Assembly: GCA_013239625.1 (NCBI GenBank) | Contig: MU053557.1 | Span: 2,262,123 to 2,326,122 of the forward strand | DNA length: 64,000 nt | Reading direction: 5' to 3' | Source: Lama guanicoe | Lineage: Eukaryota | Shown: positions 12,970-24,767 of the stretch, piece by piece | Layout: every line of letters starts with the position of its first letter | Numbering within the stretch: the stretch's first letter is position 1 | Position numbers and translations under genes: made by a program | Notes under the pieces: generated by a model | The model's input: the letters and a program-made list of their open reading frames with translations, nothing else | Databases searched by the model: none | What the model was told of the DNA's origin: nothing

Positions 12970-13985
12970 TGAGTGGCTCTTTGAATTCAGTTGGTCTGTG
13001 TACAGAAAGCAGTGCCAGTTACATGGCCTGACAGGTTGTGTTGTTTAGTAAAACACAGAAGTGACACAGAAAGCTCTGGCTGCACGTGGGTTTGATCTCG
13101 TTGGTACAGCTAATGGCAGGCACGCTTTGCCGAGCTCCTGCATATTTTCCCCACGTTTGGACAAAGGAGCCAAAGTGCTGCTTCCAGAGAGCTTGGTTTA
13201 AGGTCATAGGCTCTCTTCTCTTTGTGGTGTTTATTTCTCTTTTTATTCCACAACCTAATGACTGGTCCATTGATGCTAAAAGAGTACATGCAAGGGGTGT
13301 TGGAAAGCGGTGGGGGATGGATACCAAAACTGCTCTTGTGTTGTTCTTGTTGTGTTTCACGTCTGTCTCCTTTACAGTCTCGTGTGGTCCTCAGCTGAAG
13401 CCATCTCAGCTGAGTAGGCGCAGAGGAGAAAACCAGCAGAGGCATTAGAGAGGTGGATTGTGTAGTGAGGGCGGATGCACGCCAGTGAGAAGTTCTTCCG
13501 TGAAAGGTGAGACAGTCATCCTGGCCCGTCGGAGAGCACGCTCTTGGGCCACTGTAGACCAGGGCAGCGTCTGCCCGGACCCACTAGGTGGGCAACGCAT
13601 CATCGCCTGAGCAACACGCTCTCGTGAGTGCACTGTGAGAGCTACTGAGAATCCCCACCACCCCCACGTCGGATTTCTTTCTGGTAAGTTAAGCGATATT
13701 TCAACCGCTTTCACTAACGGCCCATCGGTAGCACTCACTCACTCCAGACTCCCGCAGAATGCTGGCTTATGCACCCGCCATGTAGCTCCGTCCTCTCTCT
13801 GTGCAAGAAAGCATTAGAGATAGTGGGTAGGGGGAGAGTGGCTTCGTTAGAGGGGATGACCTCAAATCCACCCTAACTGATGACAGTGGATCTTTCATAA
13901 ACACTGACCCTCTTTAAATCACAGCAAAGGATGCGAGGCACACAAATGTGCTGTGACACAGGGTGCTGAGAATCCCCGCCTTTGA

Positions 13986-14130
13986 GTAGTAGCTCCAAAA
14001 CCTGACTGCCTACCAGAAGGTCCCGGGGGAACTTTGAAAATTACAGGTTACTGGGCCCCAGCTGTGAGGATTCTGATCCTGGCATGCAGCATGAGAAATC
14101 CTCCTTCAGACCCCTTCAGATTCTGATGGC
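13986..14130. mobile_element. MER5A-like hAT-Charlie fragment
   Basis: gaactttgaaaattacaggttactgggcccca...gattctgat resembles MER5A. Confidence 0.45.
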
Positions 14131-14559
14131 ACCTAACTCAGCAGGCAGGACGTGGGGTGACCTTCCTAAAGAGGGGTCAGCCCCTGTGACTCTTGGGATA
14201 CAAGGTCTGAGCACCACAAGTGCCTGTGAAAGGATCTAATCCTCGGGCTCCTGTGTGGGTCGGGAGAGGAGCACTGGAAAAGGGACAGGGTCAGCAGTCT
14301 CTGACCGGCTCCCACTTTGGTCACCGTGTGGGTACAACCAGGGGCAAACCTTCCGTAGAACGTGAAGGGAACTGTGTTCTACTCAAAGGGTCATGAGGAA
14401 CATGATCATGACTGAGACTCTGAGTGAGGAGGTGAGGTAGACCCCATTGCTGTCAATCCGCCACGAAAGCTGTGGCGGGACAGGATGTGAATCCTGTGTA
14501 ACCCACCCAGTCCTGTCCTACATGAGTTGGGTTGTCCTGAGGGCTCATGTCGTAATCTC

Positions 14560-14712
14560 TTGAGGTGGGTCTTCTTATTGTCTCATTTTGCCAGTGAGGC
14601 ATTTGAGGTACTGAGAAGTTAACTGGCCCAAGTTACAAAGCTGTAAGGTGGAAGGGCCAGGGTTTAACTCCAGGGGACCCAGCTCTCGGAAGTGGCCCCA
14701 CTTTAACTGCTA
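14560..14712 (-). mobile_element. MIR SINE fragment
   Basis: cattttgccagtgagg...gaagttaactggcccaagttacaaagctgtaag core. Confidence 0.6.
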
Positions 14713-16479
14713 CTTCGGGCACTGCAACTCGTACACCTGCAGGGGCTGTTTTAACACCACCTTTGGGAACTCAGAAAAGGACCCAGTAGGTTTTGCGTGA
14801 AGGCAAAAATGAAGTTTGAATCATCTCAGAATTAGGCAAGATGATTTCAGAATGTACAAACCTTCCAACTAATTTCAAATCCATGAAAGAAGCTGCTTTG
14901 AGAACGTTTGTGGAAATTGGGCAGCTTTTTAAATGCTATTTTCAAGAGCAACAGTTTCATTCTTTTCATTTTCCAGTATTAGTTTTAGGCCCCTACATTC
15001 AACTCCTATTATTACCACTTAAGATACTACTTAAGTGTTGGAAAATGTGAACAGAACTTGCTCTGATAATTTTATTGTGCCTCGCAGTTCAAACAAGTAT
15101 TAGCTTCGGGGCAGTGATGCGGCCACTATTCCTGCTTCCTGTCATTGCTGTACATGTACATGTTTCCCCTGGTTATGCCTCTTCTATACTCACTCTATTC
15201 AGGATTGTCTTTATGAAGATACATCTGTTTGGCTTTGGTGATTAGCAGAAACATTAGCAGACTTACTGTTTCAGGACATAAATAATTAATGGCTGTTCTT
15301 CATTAATTTCTTCTGAAACCGATGCTTGTTAGACTACATACAGTTAGATATATTTCTTGAATTAAGAGCAGATCTAAGGAACGGGAGCTTTCTGCCTATT
15401 CTGAACTCAGGCCATTTACTTTAGAGGGAAAATTATGACATGCGAGTCCATTGATGGCGGGAAAAAAAACCTCTTTTAATAAGACGCAACACGTGTCTTT
15501 TGTTTGCTAAGGGCCTTCCGTCATAAGGGGTCTGTTCTGTGACCTGTTTCCCTCATTTTCCATAAAACCTGCCTTATTTTTTTTCCGTTGGTTGCAAATA
15601 GTAACTATTTATCACATTGACACATTTACAAACTCTTACAACAGACCCGCCTTTTCATCCAACTCCAAAGCCCGAAGTCCCCTCTGTCTCTGCGTTGATC
15701 CCCTTCCTCCATTTGCTATAAAACAGCTCGGCGACGTTACCTGCAGGGGGCTTCCTCTAGGATGATCAATGGGCGGAACCCTTGCCCCAGTTTAGTCTCT
15801 GGTTCCCTCCCTTGCTATTTATTAATGCACATCCCCTTTAAATAATCTGTTCAAACTAATGGGCAGACAATAAAAATACAGGTTCTGAGGGAAATAGCTC
15901 AGTGAATACTTCCCTAAGTGCTTTAGCCTAATTAATAGTTAGATTTCCTTTTATGAAAAAAAAAAATCAAATGCACGTCAGTGTTTGCCTGGTTTATGCC
16001 CAGAATAGGCGAAGCTTCCCTCCACCAAATATCAACAAAGTACCCTCTTGGGCTTCCCAAGGTTCTCAAGAAATTATTCAGACTAGTGCTAAACTGAGCT
16101 ACCCTTCACCTAACCAGAGGTAAGTTGTGGTTGAGTTACACGCAAAATAACAAAACTGGTAGGATAAGTTTATAATACAGAAGTAAGTGCCTCTCTAAAG
16201 TAGCGATCAGGTATATCCCCTGTACAGTTGTGCTAACGTTCTAAGGAATGGCAGCTATTACAGGAAAGAAAAGCTGTACTTCTTGGATGTTTTCTTAGCC
16301 GTGATGGCCCTTAAAGATTTATCCCAAGGCAACAGGGACAGGTATTAATGAGCAATGTTGGTGTCAAACTGAAATATGAGCATTATTAGTAAACTGATTA
16401 AATAAATTATAGTTTGGCAACATAGCTGAACAGACCCCACTCATGATAAATAATGTTGTAATAGAAATAACTAATTTTG

Positions 16480-16680
16480 AGCACATTAGGTACATTGCTA
16501 AGTGTTAAGTAATAATTTTAAAGGATGTAAAAAAAGTCTTATTTAATTTTACAATAATCCTTAAGGTGCATACTATTATCCCCACCTGATGGATGAAGAA
16601 CTAAAGCACAGAGAGATTAAGTAATTTGCCCAGGGTCACACAGTGAAGAGACGGCAGGACCGGGCTATGAATCCAGGTAA
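16480..16680 (-). mobile_element. MIR SINE fragment
   Basis: tattatccccacc...gatgaagaactaaagcacagagagattaagtaatttgcccagggtcacacag. Confidence 0.75.
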
Positions 16681-16904
16681 GATGAAATATAAAAATTGTC
16701 CAAATGGATTGTTAAAAGAGTGAAAGACATTATGAAACTGATTATCTAATGAGCTTCCATTATAATTAAGAAAAGGAAATTTTCATTTTCTTCTTTTACT
16801 AGGGATCATATATTACTTTTGCATTTTTGTAATTGGAAAAAATTACTTTGACATTTGAGGTAAAAATACGTTGGGTTATATTTGATATAAAAGGTATTGG
16901 CTCT

Positions 16905-17000
16905 TGTTTTTAATGAAGTACAGTCAGTTTACAGTGTTGTGTCACTTTCTGGTGGACAGCATCATATTTCTGTCATACCTATACATATATACATTCCATG
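16905..17000 (-). mobile_element. Very short L1 3'-end copy
   Basis: tgaagtacagtcagtttacagtgttgtgtcactttctggtg matches the other L1 3' ends in the window. Confidence 0.75.
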
Positions 17001-17249
17001 TCAGCTCATTAGAGGACTCCACTACCCTGTCTATTTAGTGTCTACTTAATGACGTGAAGACAGCACTCCTTTTTTTCGAGCTTGCTGTCTACATTCGGAA
17101 AACAGCAGGCAACTCGTTAAAAAAAAGCTCTGGAGACAAGTATAAAGCCCTAGTTTGCTGTGAAATTTGTTTCCGCCGTAATTTAGAATTGGTTCATAAA
17201 GGAAACACTAGGCAATAACTCTCGCTTGTCTGAGCAACTGCCGTGTAGC

Positions 17250-17970
17250 CGGCAGGCTGTGGCTGAGCGCCGGCGTGGCGAGATGAGGGGAAGGCACACG
17301 GCAGGAGGAGCACACACCAGCCCACCAACAACTCCATCGCAATATTGGTTTCTTTAATAAATGGCGCCATAAAGTTGTATTGAAGTGAATATACATTATT
17401 AGCATCGCTTAGCATGTTTATGATCCACTCCTCATCAAAGTGACAATAAAAAGCAGAGTTAGGACCAATTAATATCCAATTGCTCATCAAACTTTAATTT
17501 GTATTTGCTTTCCCCTGATTGATACATCTTTTATAACTGAAGGGCTCCATCTTCTTATAACATATGCTATCATTCAAGGCCACTTGTTTTAATCACTCTG
17601 CAAAACAGCATGAAATTGTCTAATAATTCACCTAGATTTTGTCACAAGGGCCCGAAGTTACAGCTGTCTTTTAGAAGAAGTAGCGGTCCTCAGAACATTT
17701 GAAATTATTAAAACAGCGGGTCAGATCCTTGTCTGGGAAGCAATCTTGTCCAACTGACTGATGAACGAAATGCTGATTTCTTCCCAAGGCATAAACGTGT
17801 ATTTCCTGTTTTCATCCAGTAGTTTGGAGTTTGATAACTCAGCGACAGAACAGAGTGAATAGCTGCGGGGCTGTTGGAATAATTTTGCTGGAAAGGTTAC
17901 GGTTGAGAGGTGTCACCTGTCAGCTAGGTCCTGCAACAGCTGTTTTCTATAGCTGCTCATCCACAGCCAG
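17250..17970. promoter_or_regulatory. Candidate distal enhancer (HOX/PBX/TCF motifs plus E-box cluster)
   Basis: Non-repetitive block: CCATAAA 17367, TTTATGA 17417, CATCAAAG 17433, CAATAAAA 17444, TGATTGAT 17516, CAGCTG 17661, AACAGCTGTT 17935. Motif-based only. Confidence 0.4.
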
Positions 17971-18422
17971 TGCTAATTTGGACTGAACATAAAGTAAGAA
18001 CAAAAAATAAACAAACAGAATCGGATGTCTTTTGTATTACCTTTTATCAGGCCTTCTACAGAAAGTGACTACAGAACCACGCAACAGACTTCTTTTTGTC
18101 TGGCCGTTGCAACAACTTGAGAGTTTCTAGGGCACCAGAGGGAACTCCCTGCACACTGGGGAGGGACCTACAAGACCCTGGCCCTTCTCCTTCCCCAAGA
18201 GCCCAGGCCAGGCTTCTCAGCGCCCAGGCCACTGCCATATTTTAAAGGCTCCTGCTGTAATAAAAAGTAAAAGAAATGCCGACAGGAGAATATGAAATCG
18301 GCATATTTTAACTCCTTGCATTAAATAATACAAATGCTTTAGCATGTAAAGAAGGAAGGAGAGGAAGAGGGAAAAGAAAAATGTCAATGACTCTCAGTAT
18401 AACCTTACTTGAGAAAAATCTT

Positions 18423-19157
18423 TTTTAAATTGAATTATAGTCAGTTTACAATGTTGTGTCAATTTCCAGTGTAGAGCACAAATTTTCAGTTATACGTGAA
18501 CATACATATATTCATTGTCACATTCTTTGTCGCTGTGAGCAACCACAAGATCTTGTATATATTTCCCAGTGCTATACAGTATGAACTTGTTTATCTATTC
18601 TACATATGCTTGTCAGTATCTACAAATTTCGAACTTCCAGTCTATCCCTTCCCAGCTCCCTCCACCTTGGCAACCACAAGTTTGTATTCTATTATTCTAT
18701 ATCTATGAGTCAGCTTCTGTTTTATATTTAAGTTCTTTTTTTTTTTAAGATTCCACATATGAGCGATCTCATATGATATTTTTCTTTCTCTTTCTGGCTT
18801 ACTTCACTTAGAATGACATTCTCCAGGGACAACCAAGTTGCTGCTAGGTGTTATGTTGTTGTTTTTATGGCTGAATAGTATTCCATTGTATAAATATACC
18901 ACATCTTCTTTATCCAGTCACCTGTTGATGGACATTTAGGCTGTTTCCATGTCTTGGCTATTGTAAATAGTGCTGCTATGAACATTGGGGTACATGTATC
19001 ATTTTGAAGTAGGGTTCCTTCTGGCTATATGCTCAGGAGCGGGATTCCTGGGTCATCTGGTAAGTCTATTCCTAGACTTTTGAGGAATCTCCATACTGTT
19101 TTCCACAGTGGCTGCAACAAACTGCATTCCCGCCAGCAATGTAGGAGGGTTCCCTTT
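18423..19157 (-). mobile_element. 5'-truncated L1 (3'UTR and end of ORF2), ~735 bp, with TSD
   Basis: Typical L1 text (gtcttggctattgtaaatagtgctgctatgaacattggggtac, tgaggaatctccatactgttttccacagtggctg); TSD cttgagaaaaatctt (18408-18422) / cttgaagaaaaatctt (19158-19173); TC/AAGA endonuclease-type site on the minus strand. Confidence 0.92.
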
Positions 19158-20074
19158 CTTGAAGAAAAATCTTGAAGGTCTCAAGGGCCCCCCAAAAGGG
19201 CCTCTTGGCTGACCACAGGGTAGAGCCCAAGCCATAGTGTGGGAGGACAGACACTGGGCAAAGGGCTGTGTTCAGTGGTGGGGAGGTGGGTATGGGGTAG
19301 TGTGTCTAGTACTTTGAACCTTTTCCTAATGTTGCTCAAACCAGTTTAGAGTAAGAGTGGAGAAGGGGCTGAGCAGAGTTAAAATCCCGAGGCTGCTTTC
19401 CTTCCATCTTCCCACTGGGTGAGAGTGTCTTGAGGAGGGAACAAACGGAGAGTGTCCAGTCAAGCCTATGGAATCCTCTCTTCTCCCAACCATGGAAAAC
19501 CAGAGGACGCTGGCGAGAGCATGAGCCCCGGGGTCAGACAGGCTTGCTCTCGAATCCTGGCTGCACACCTTCCTGCATTGAGGAATCTCCATACTGTTTT
19601 CCACAGTGGCTGCAACAAACTGCATTCCCGCCAGCAATGTAGGAGGGTTCCCTTTCTTGAAGAAAAATCTTGAAGGTCTCAAGGGCCCCCCAAAAGGGCC
19701 TCTTGGCTGACCACAGGGTAGAGCCCAAGCCATAGTGTGGGAGGACAGACACTGGGCAAAGGGCTGTGTTCAGTGGTGGGGAGGTGGGTATGGGGTAGTG
19801 TGTCTAGTACTTTGAACCTTTTCCTAATGTTGCTCAAACCAGTTTAGAGTAAGAGTGGAGAAGGGGCTGAGCAGAGTTAAAATCCCGAGGCTGCTTTCCT
19901 TCCATCTTCCCACTGGGTGAGAGTGTCTTGAGGAGGGAACAAACGGAGAGTGTCCAGTCAAGCCTATGGAATCCTCTCTTCTCCCAACCATGGAAAACCA
20001 GAGGACGCTGGCGAGAGCATGAGCCCCGGGGTCAGACAGGCTTGCTCTCGAATCCTGGCTGCACACCTTCCTGC
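19080..20074 (+). repeat. Direct tandem duplication, 2 x 497 bp (19080-19576, 19578-20074), one extra A at the junction
   Basis: Copies appear identical by eye; the ORF track shows the same peptides offset by 498 nt (e.g. starts at 19254 and 19752). Confidence 0.95.
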
Positions 20075-20240
20075 CGTCAGATGTCAGCCCTGTTACCAAA
20101 CTTCTGAACCTTGGTTTTCTCAGCCATAAAAACAGGATAATAGTGACGCCCCCCAATCCCGGTAGTGTTGTTATGAGGACTGGATGAGATCAGCCTCTCA
20201 AAGCACTTGGCGCAGTGCCTGGAGCAGCATACCTATTCAG
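20075..20240 (+). mobile_element. MIR SINE fragment (its 5' part lies inside the duplicated unit)
   Basis: cttctgaaccttggttttctcagccataaaaacaggataatag...gttgttatgaggac...aaagcacttggcgcagtgcctgg. Confidence 0.65.
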
Positions 20241-21783
20241 GAAACATGACTAGGTGTCAGAATAAAACTCTGAGTTGCTGGGCTCAAGCCTACAGGGCCA
20301 AGGGTGTGGGTGAGCGGGAAGCTGCCCCCTGCTCCCTGCTGGTTCAGCCTTACCCGGAAGCCTTACCCATCCAGGAGAACTCAAAAGACAGCACTCACTT
20401 TATTTTTTTAAATCATGAAGTATTCCCGACCTCCTATAAAGTTGAGAAAAGACTACGACAAACACCGGAGGTACCCATCACTCAGCTTAAGGAATAAAAC
20501 ATGATGAACAATAAAATGCTCTCCAGCTATTAAAATGAACAAACTCGAGCCGTGGGGATCAATCTCAGAAACATTACACTGATTCAGGAGAGCAACTGGC
20601 GTTAGGATGCCTATAATATGATGCCATTTATAGCACATTTATAAACTGGCCCAATGATGTTGCGGGTAGCTGCTCAGCGCAGCAGACAGAGGCAGTAAAA
20701 GCGTCAAGAGATGCAGGGGAATGAGGAGCAGTGCCGGCTTAGGAAAGCTTTGAAGGATGGGAGCCCTTTCATTTTCAGGTGTCCTGGCTTTGTTCTCAGC
20801 AGGGCCTAGGCCAGGAGCTCCCCTCCCTGCTGTCTTACACAGATGTTAGCCCCCGTGGAGGCAGAACTCTAGGCAAACAATGTTAAATACACTGAAAGCA
20901 AAATTCTCCCTTTGAATGTACTCGGCTCCCATTAAAGTCCAGGGGCGCTCTCTCTGCAGGCCTCCTGCGAGCCGTGGCATGACATATTCAACCTGAATTC
21001 TGAAGGTTGGATGTAACATAAAAGCAGCCAACCAACAGCATAAATGTATATGAAATGAAATCAATAAAAAGTGTATTTTTTTCCGCTATTGAAGAGAGCC
21101 ATGGGAGGGTACATCACAGGAGCCGGGACAATGCTGGGAGGAAGGATGAAGTGGGGAGGGTGTGGGTGCAGCGGCGGGGGGAGCCAAGGGGAGGGAGTTG
21201 CTTAGTGTTAATATTCACTGTCTGAACCAAGGTTTAGAGAGCAATGTGCTTCCTTTTCCTGCATCACCTTAAAAAAAATCAATTATCAGTGGTTATATGA
21301 TGAAATTGGGATTTCTGTCTTGTTCATTCCACTTTATCCAAAGAGGTCATCATAATAAAGAATTATTTCTGAGATCAGTTATACAGCAAAAGGTTGATAA
21401 TCAGATTATGAGTGGCTGGTGGATTAAAAACTGAAATCAGGCAGAAAGAGAAAAATGCTTTTTATTCATACTTTTTTTCTTCTATAATAACAGTAGAATT
21501 TTTATATATCATAAAAATAAATTGCCAGGCTTTGCATTGGTTACTTCATGTGCCCCTCATAATAAGTATACAAGGCAGCATCGGAGAGCTTCTGTGAAAC
21601 TGGAGGTACACTGGAGAGCCAGGATTGAAACAGGGCATCCGACTCTAAAATCTATGCTGTATCACCACACGATACACGCCTACCCCCATGGAAACACAGG
21701 CTGCGGATAAACATTCGACGTTCACTAATGAAGTAATCCTCAAACTGTACTTAAACTTTGCCACAGTGCTCTGTAGCTGGCAG

Positions 21784-21837
21784 GGCTTTGGAAAGTATCT
21801 AATGTGACCCGGCTTTGGAAAGTATCTAACGTGACCC
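21784..21837 (+). repeat. 27-bp tandem duplication (1 mismatch)
   Basis: ggctttggaaagtatctaaTgtgaccc / ggctttggaaagtatctaaCgtgaccc. Confidence 0.9.
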
Positions 21838-22639
21838 TCTCTGTCAGAAAGCTCGTATCCTAAGTGATAATACAGTCTGGTAGTTGAAACCTTAGTGTGG
21901 GAACTGGGGACCTGGTTCTCACCCCTTCTTGTTCTAAAATTGCCCTGCTGCACCGGACACCCCTTTCCCAGCTCTCGTCCCTGCCTTTTGTAACTGTTCT
22001 CTCCTCCCCCAGGCCTGGGCTTCTTCGTCCTTTTTCATGCGACTTGAACTTGTCCTTATGTGACCACAGGTGATTGAACCATTGGTGGACACCTGGCCTG
22101 GGGGAAAGCAGTCATTGGTGGGCAGAATCTGTCTTCTGGGAATTTGGACAAAGACAGAGATGGCGGAGGAATTATGCTGTCTCCTTTCTAGACCTTAGGG
22201 ATGTCACGTAGAAGTGCCTGGGGTCATCAGCTTCATAATTCCATCCTAGGTACCAGCTCCTTGGAGTCTCAGCCTAGAGTGGTTTGTATGTTATGTCATC
22301 CCATCTTTGCTTTTTTTACCCCCCTTTCTCTTTTCAGAGCTCTTTACTTGGTGGGAGGTCACAAAACTTTTGCTGTTCCATCATCATTGCTTTGGGTTCT
22401 GTTTCCCAGGATCTCAGTTTATTCTGCATTAGTTGTGTATCAGAATGTTTTCCTTCTTATAGCAGATGGTGGTGGTGGATTCAGTCTCAAAAGGGTGCAA
22501 TTTGGGGGGCACTATAATAGAATAATATATGTTATATTAATAGATAATATATATTAATTATCCAGTATCATCTTGTGACTTGGAGAAGACTCAGAGGACT
22601 GGGTGTGAAAGTGGTCCATGAAAAGGGAACTTTGTGTCT

Positions 22640-23030
22640 CTTTGAGTTCCTTGGTCTTGAGCAGCAGAAACTAAATCTGGCTAAGTGAAACAAGAAAGGA
22701 ATCTTCTAGAAATATAGGGTAGCATACAGAGGTGAAGAAAAGACTGGGAATCTCGAGGAATGGCAGAAACCAGGCAGTTCTGAGGCAATAGGAATGAAGG
22801 GACCCTACTCTTGGGTGTTGCAATGGTCACGAGCGAGATCCCTTATCAGTCCCCTCAGGACAGTGTCCGTGGACAGAACACATGCCTGGTCTACCTTGAG
22901 ACCTGTACCAAACCATCAGCCAGAAGAGGGCAGGACTCTTGACTGAAAGTTCCACCAAGATTGTATCCACTCAGGAAGGGCTAGTTCCCCAAAGCAAAGT
23001 TCAAGTGTGTAACAGCAAAAGGGGGAATAG
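22640..23030 (-). mobile_element. MaLR LTR relic (MLT1K/L-like)
   Basis: agcagcagaaactaaatctggctaagtgaaacaagaaaggaat...gggtagcatacagagg resembles MLT1 LTRs in reverse. Confidence 0.45.
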
Positions 23031-23720
23031 ATGGTGGTCAGGTTACGAATATTTGTCCATCCTATTCTTTCAACATTTCATTGGGTCCCTTCACAGTCTA
23101 CAAGAAGAGCTGCCATATATAGGCTTGTTTTCATCATAGCCATGGATCAGCCCCCCTTAGCTCTGTTACTTGGTGCCACAGGCTTGTACTTGGTGTACAT
23201 GAATGTGTGTGATGGGCCATGAGAGGCCTCAGACTTACATGAGACTGAGTGGTGCTAGGTGTTGGGTTGACAACTGCTGTTATAATATGAAGAGGCGATC
23301 GGCTCTGTGACTGAAACTAAATTCTACTTCCTCTGCAGAGGAAGAGAATCTGATCCATAAAACTAGAGACAGAGTTTTCTGAGTGGTGATACAAAACTCT
23401 ATAACTACTCCTAATCAGGTTCTTGAATATCTCTCCTTCAAGTCAGGAAATGCCTTCTCCCCTTGATTTACTTACTTCTTTCCAATGAAAACAAATATTT
23501 CATATTACTCAGTTTTGGATTGTATCCATCTACATAATATGAAGGCTTCCCGGTTTATTCTCTATTTAGGTTCACAAAGATCATTGTCCTCTAAAATATT
23601 CATCACTTACTTTAAAGTAATTTTAGCACTCAAGTAATTCATGTTCATTGTAGAAAAATCAGAAAGTAGAGATTGGTCAAGAGGAGGAAAATGAAAATCC
23701 ACAGACAACCACTTGATAAT

Positions 23721-23748
23721 TGTGTGTGTGTGTGTGTGTGTGTGTGTG
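23721..23748. repeat. (TG)14 microsatellite
   Basis: Read directly. Confidence 0.95.
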
Positions 23749-24767
23749 CCTCTAGAGTTTTTGCTCTGTGTTTAATGTATTTACATATGTATGTGCTCAA
23801 AATTTAAAAAAATGTAATCATGCTGATCATGTTGCTTTCATGATCTTTTTCATTCAACAGTAAGTTGCTATCTTTCCCTAACTATAAGAAGTATTTCTTC
23901 TACATTGTTTTCATACACCTAACAAGCTTCATATTTTAATAGCACTTTGCTTACTGGTTTATTGTGAAACAAAGAAAAGACAGTTTTCCAGCTATCTTAT
24001 TTCTCATCGGTGCCTTCATTTTGATTTGCCCTCTTTAAGTGACCATGAAACCCAGATGTTTATAAAATGACACAACAAAATCTCTGATGCAATGGTGGTC
24101 TTTAAAAATAATGAATTGCCCTGGGCAACAGGTGTCCCTTCTGGATGCCCAGATGTGTTAAAAGTCTGTAAGCATTTGGATGTATTCTTTCTGTGGAAGC
24201 GGCTAGCATTGCTGCCTCTCTTTCACCACTAAGAAAAGGGAGACAGACAGTATCGAGGCCATGGGAGAAGCCACTGGCAGAGCCCAAAAGAGGACCTGAA
24301 GTCCTAATGGCCCAGGCCTCTAATCAAACCACAAAGCCACACTGCTTCCCCTTCCGCCGCTTCAGGGCTGGGAGGGAAAAGTAAGCGCCGCCTCCTGCCT
24401 GGGGCTGAATGGTGATTTACCATTCACCATCCAGGTCGCTCTGTCAAGAGAAGCACAGACTCCCCAGCTCTCAATTGCGGGTGGAAGCTTGTTATCATAT
24501 GCTGGACCCATTGATCTGTTTCGACAATGACTCCTGAATTATATGGCCCCTGAATGTTTGCTGCCAGAGAGATCTATACTGTGGATGCGGTGATGGGTAC
24601 TTACTGGAAACTGTTGTCTGATGGATGAGTTTTGCTGCTTTGTCTCAATGAAGTATCCCTGTGCACTTGGAGGTCTCTCTCCTCCAAACTCTTTGCCTCG
24701 ACTCTAGCATAACGTGTTGTGCTACAAAATAGTGAAATACAGTAACATCCAAAAGTCTTAACGTTTA

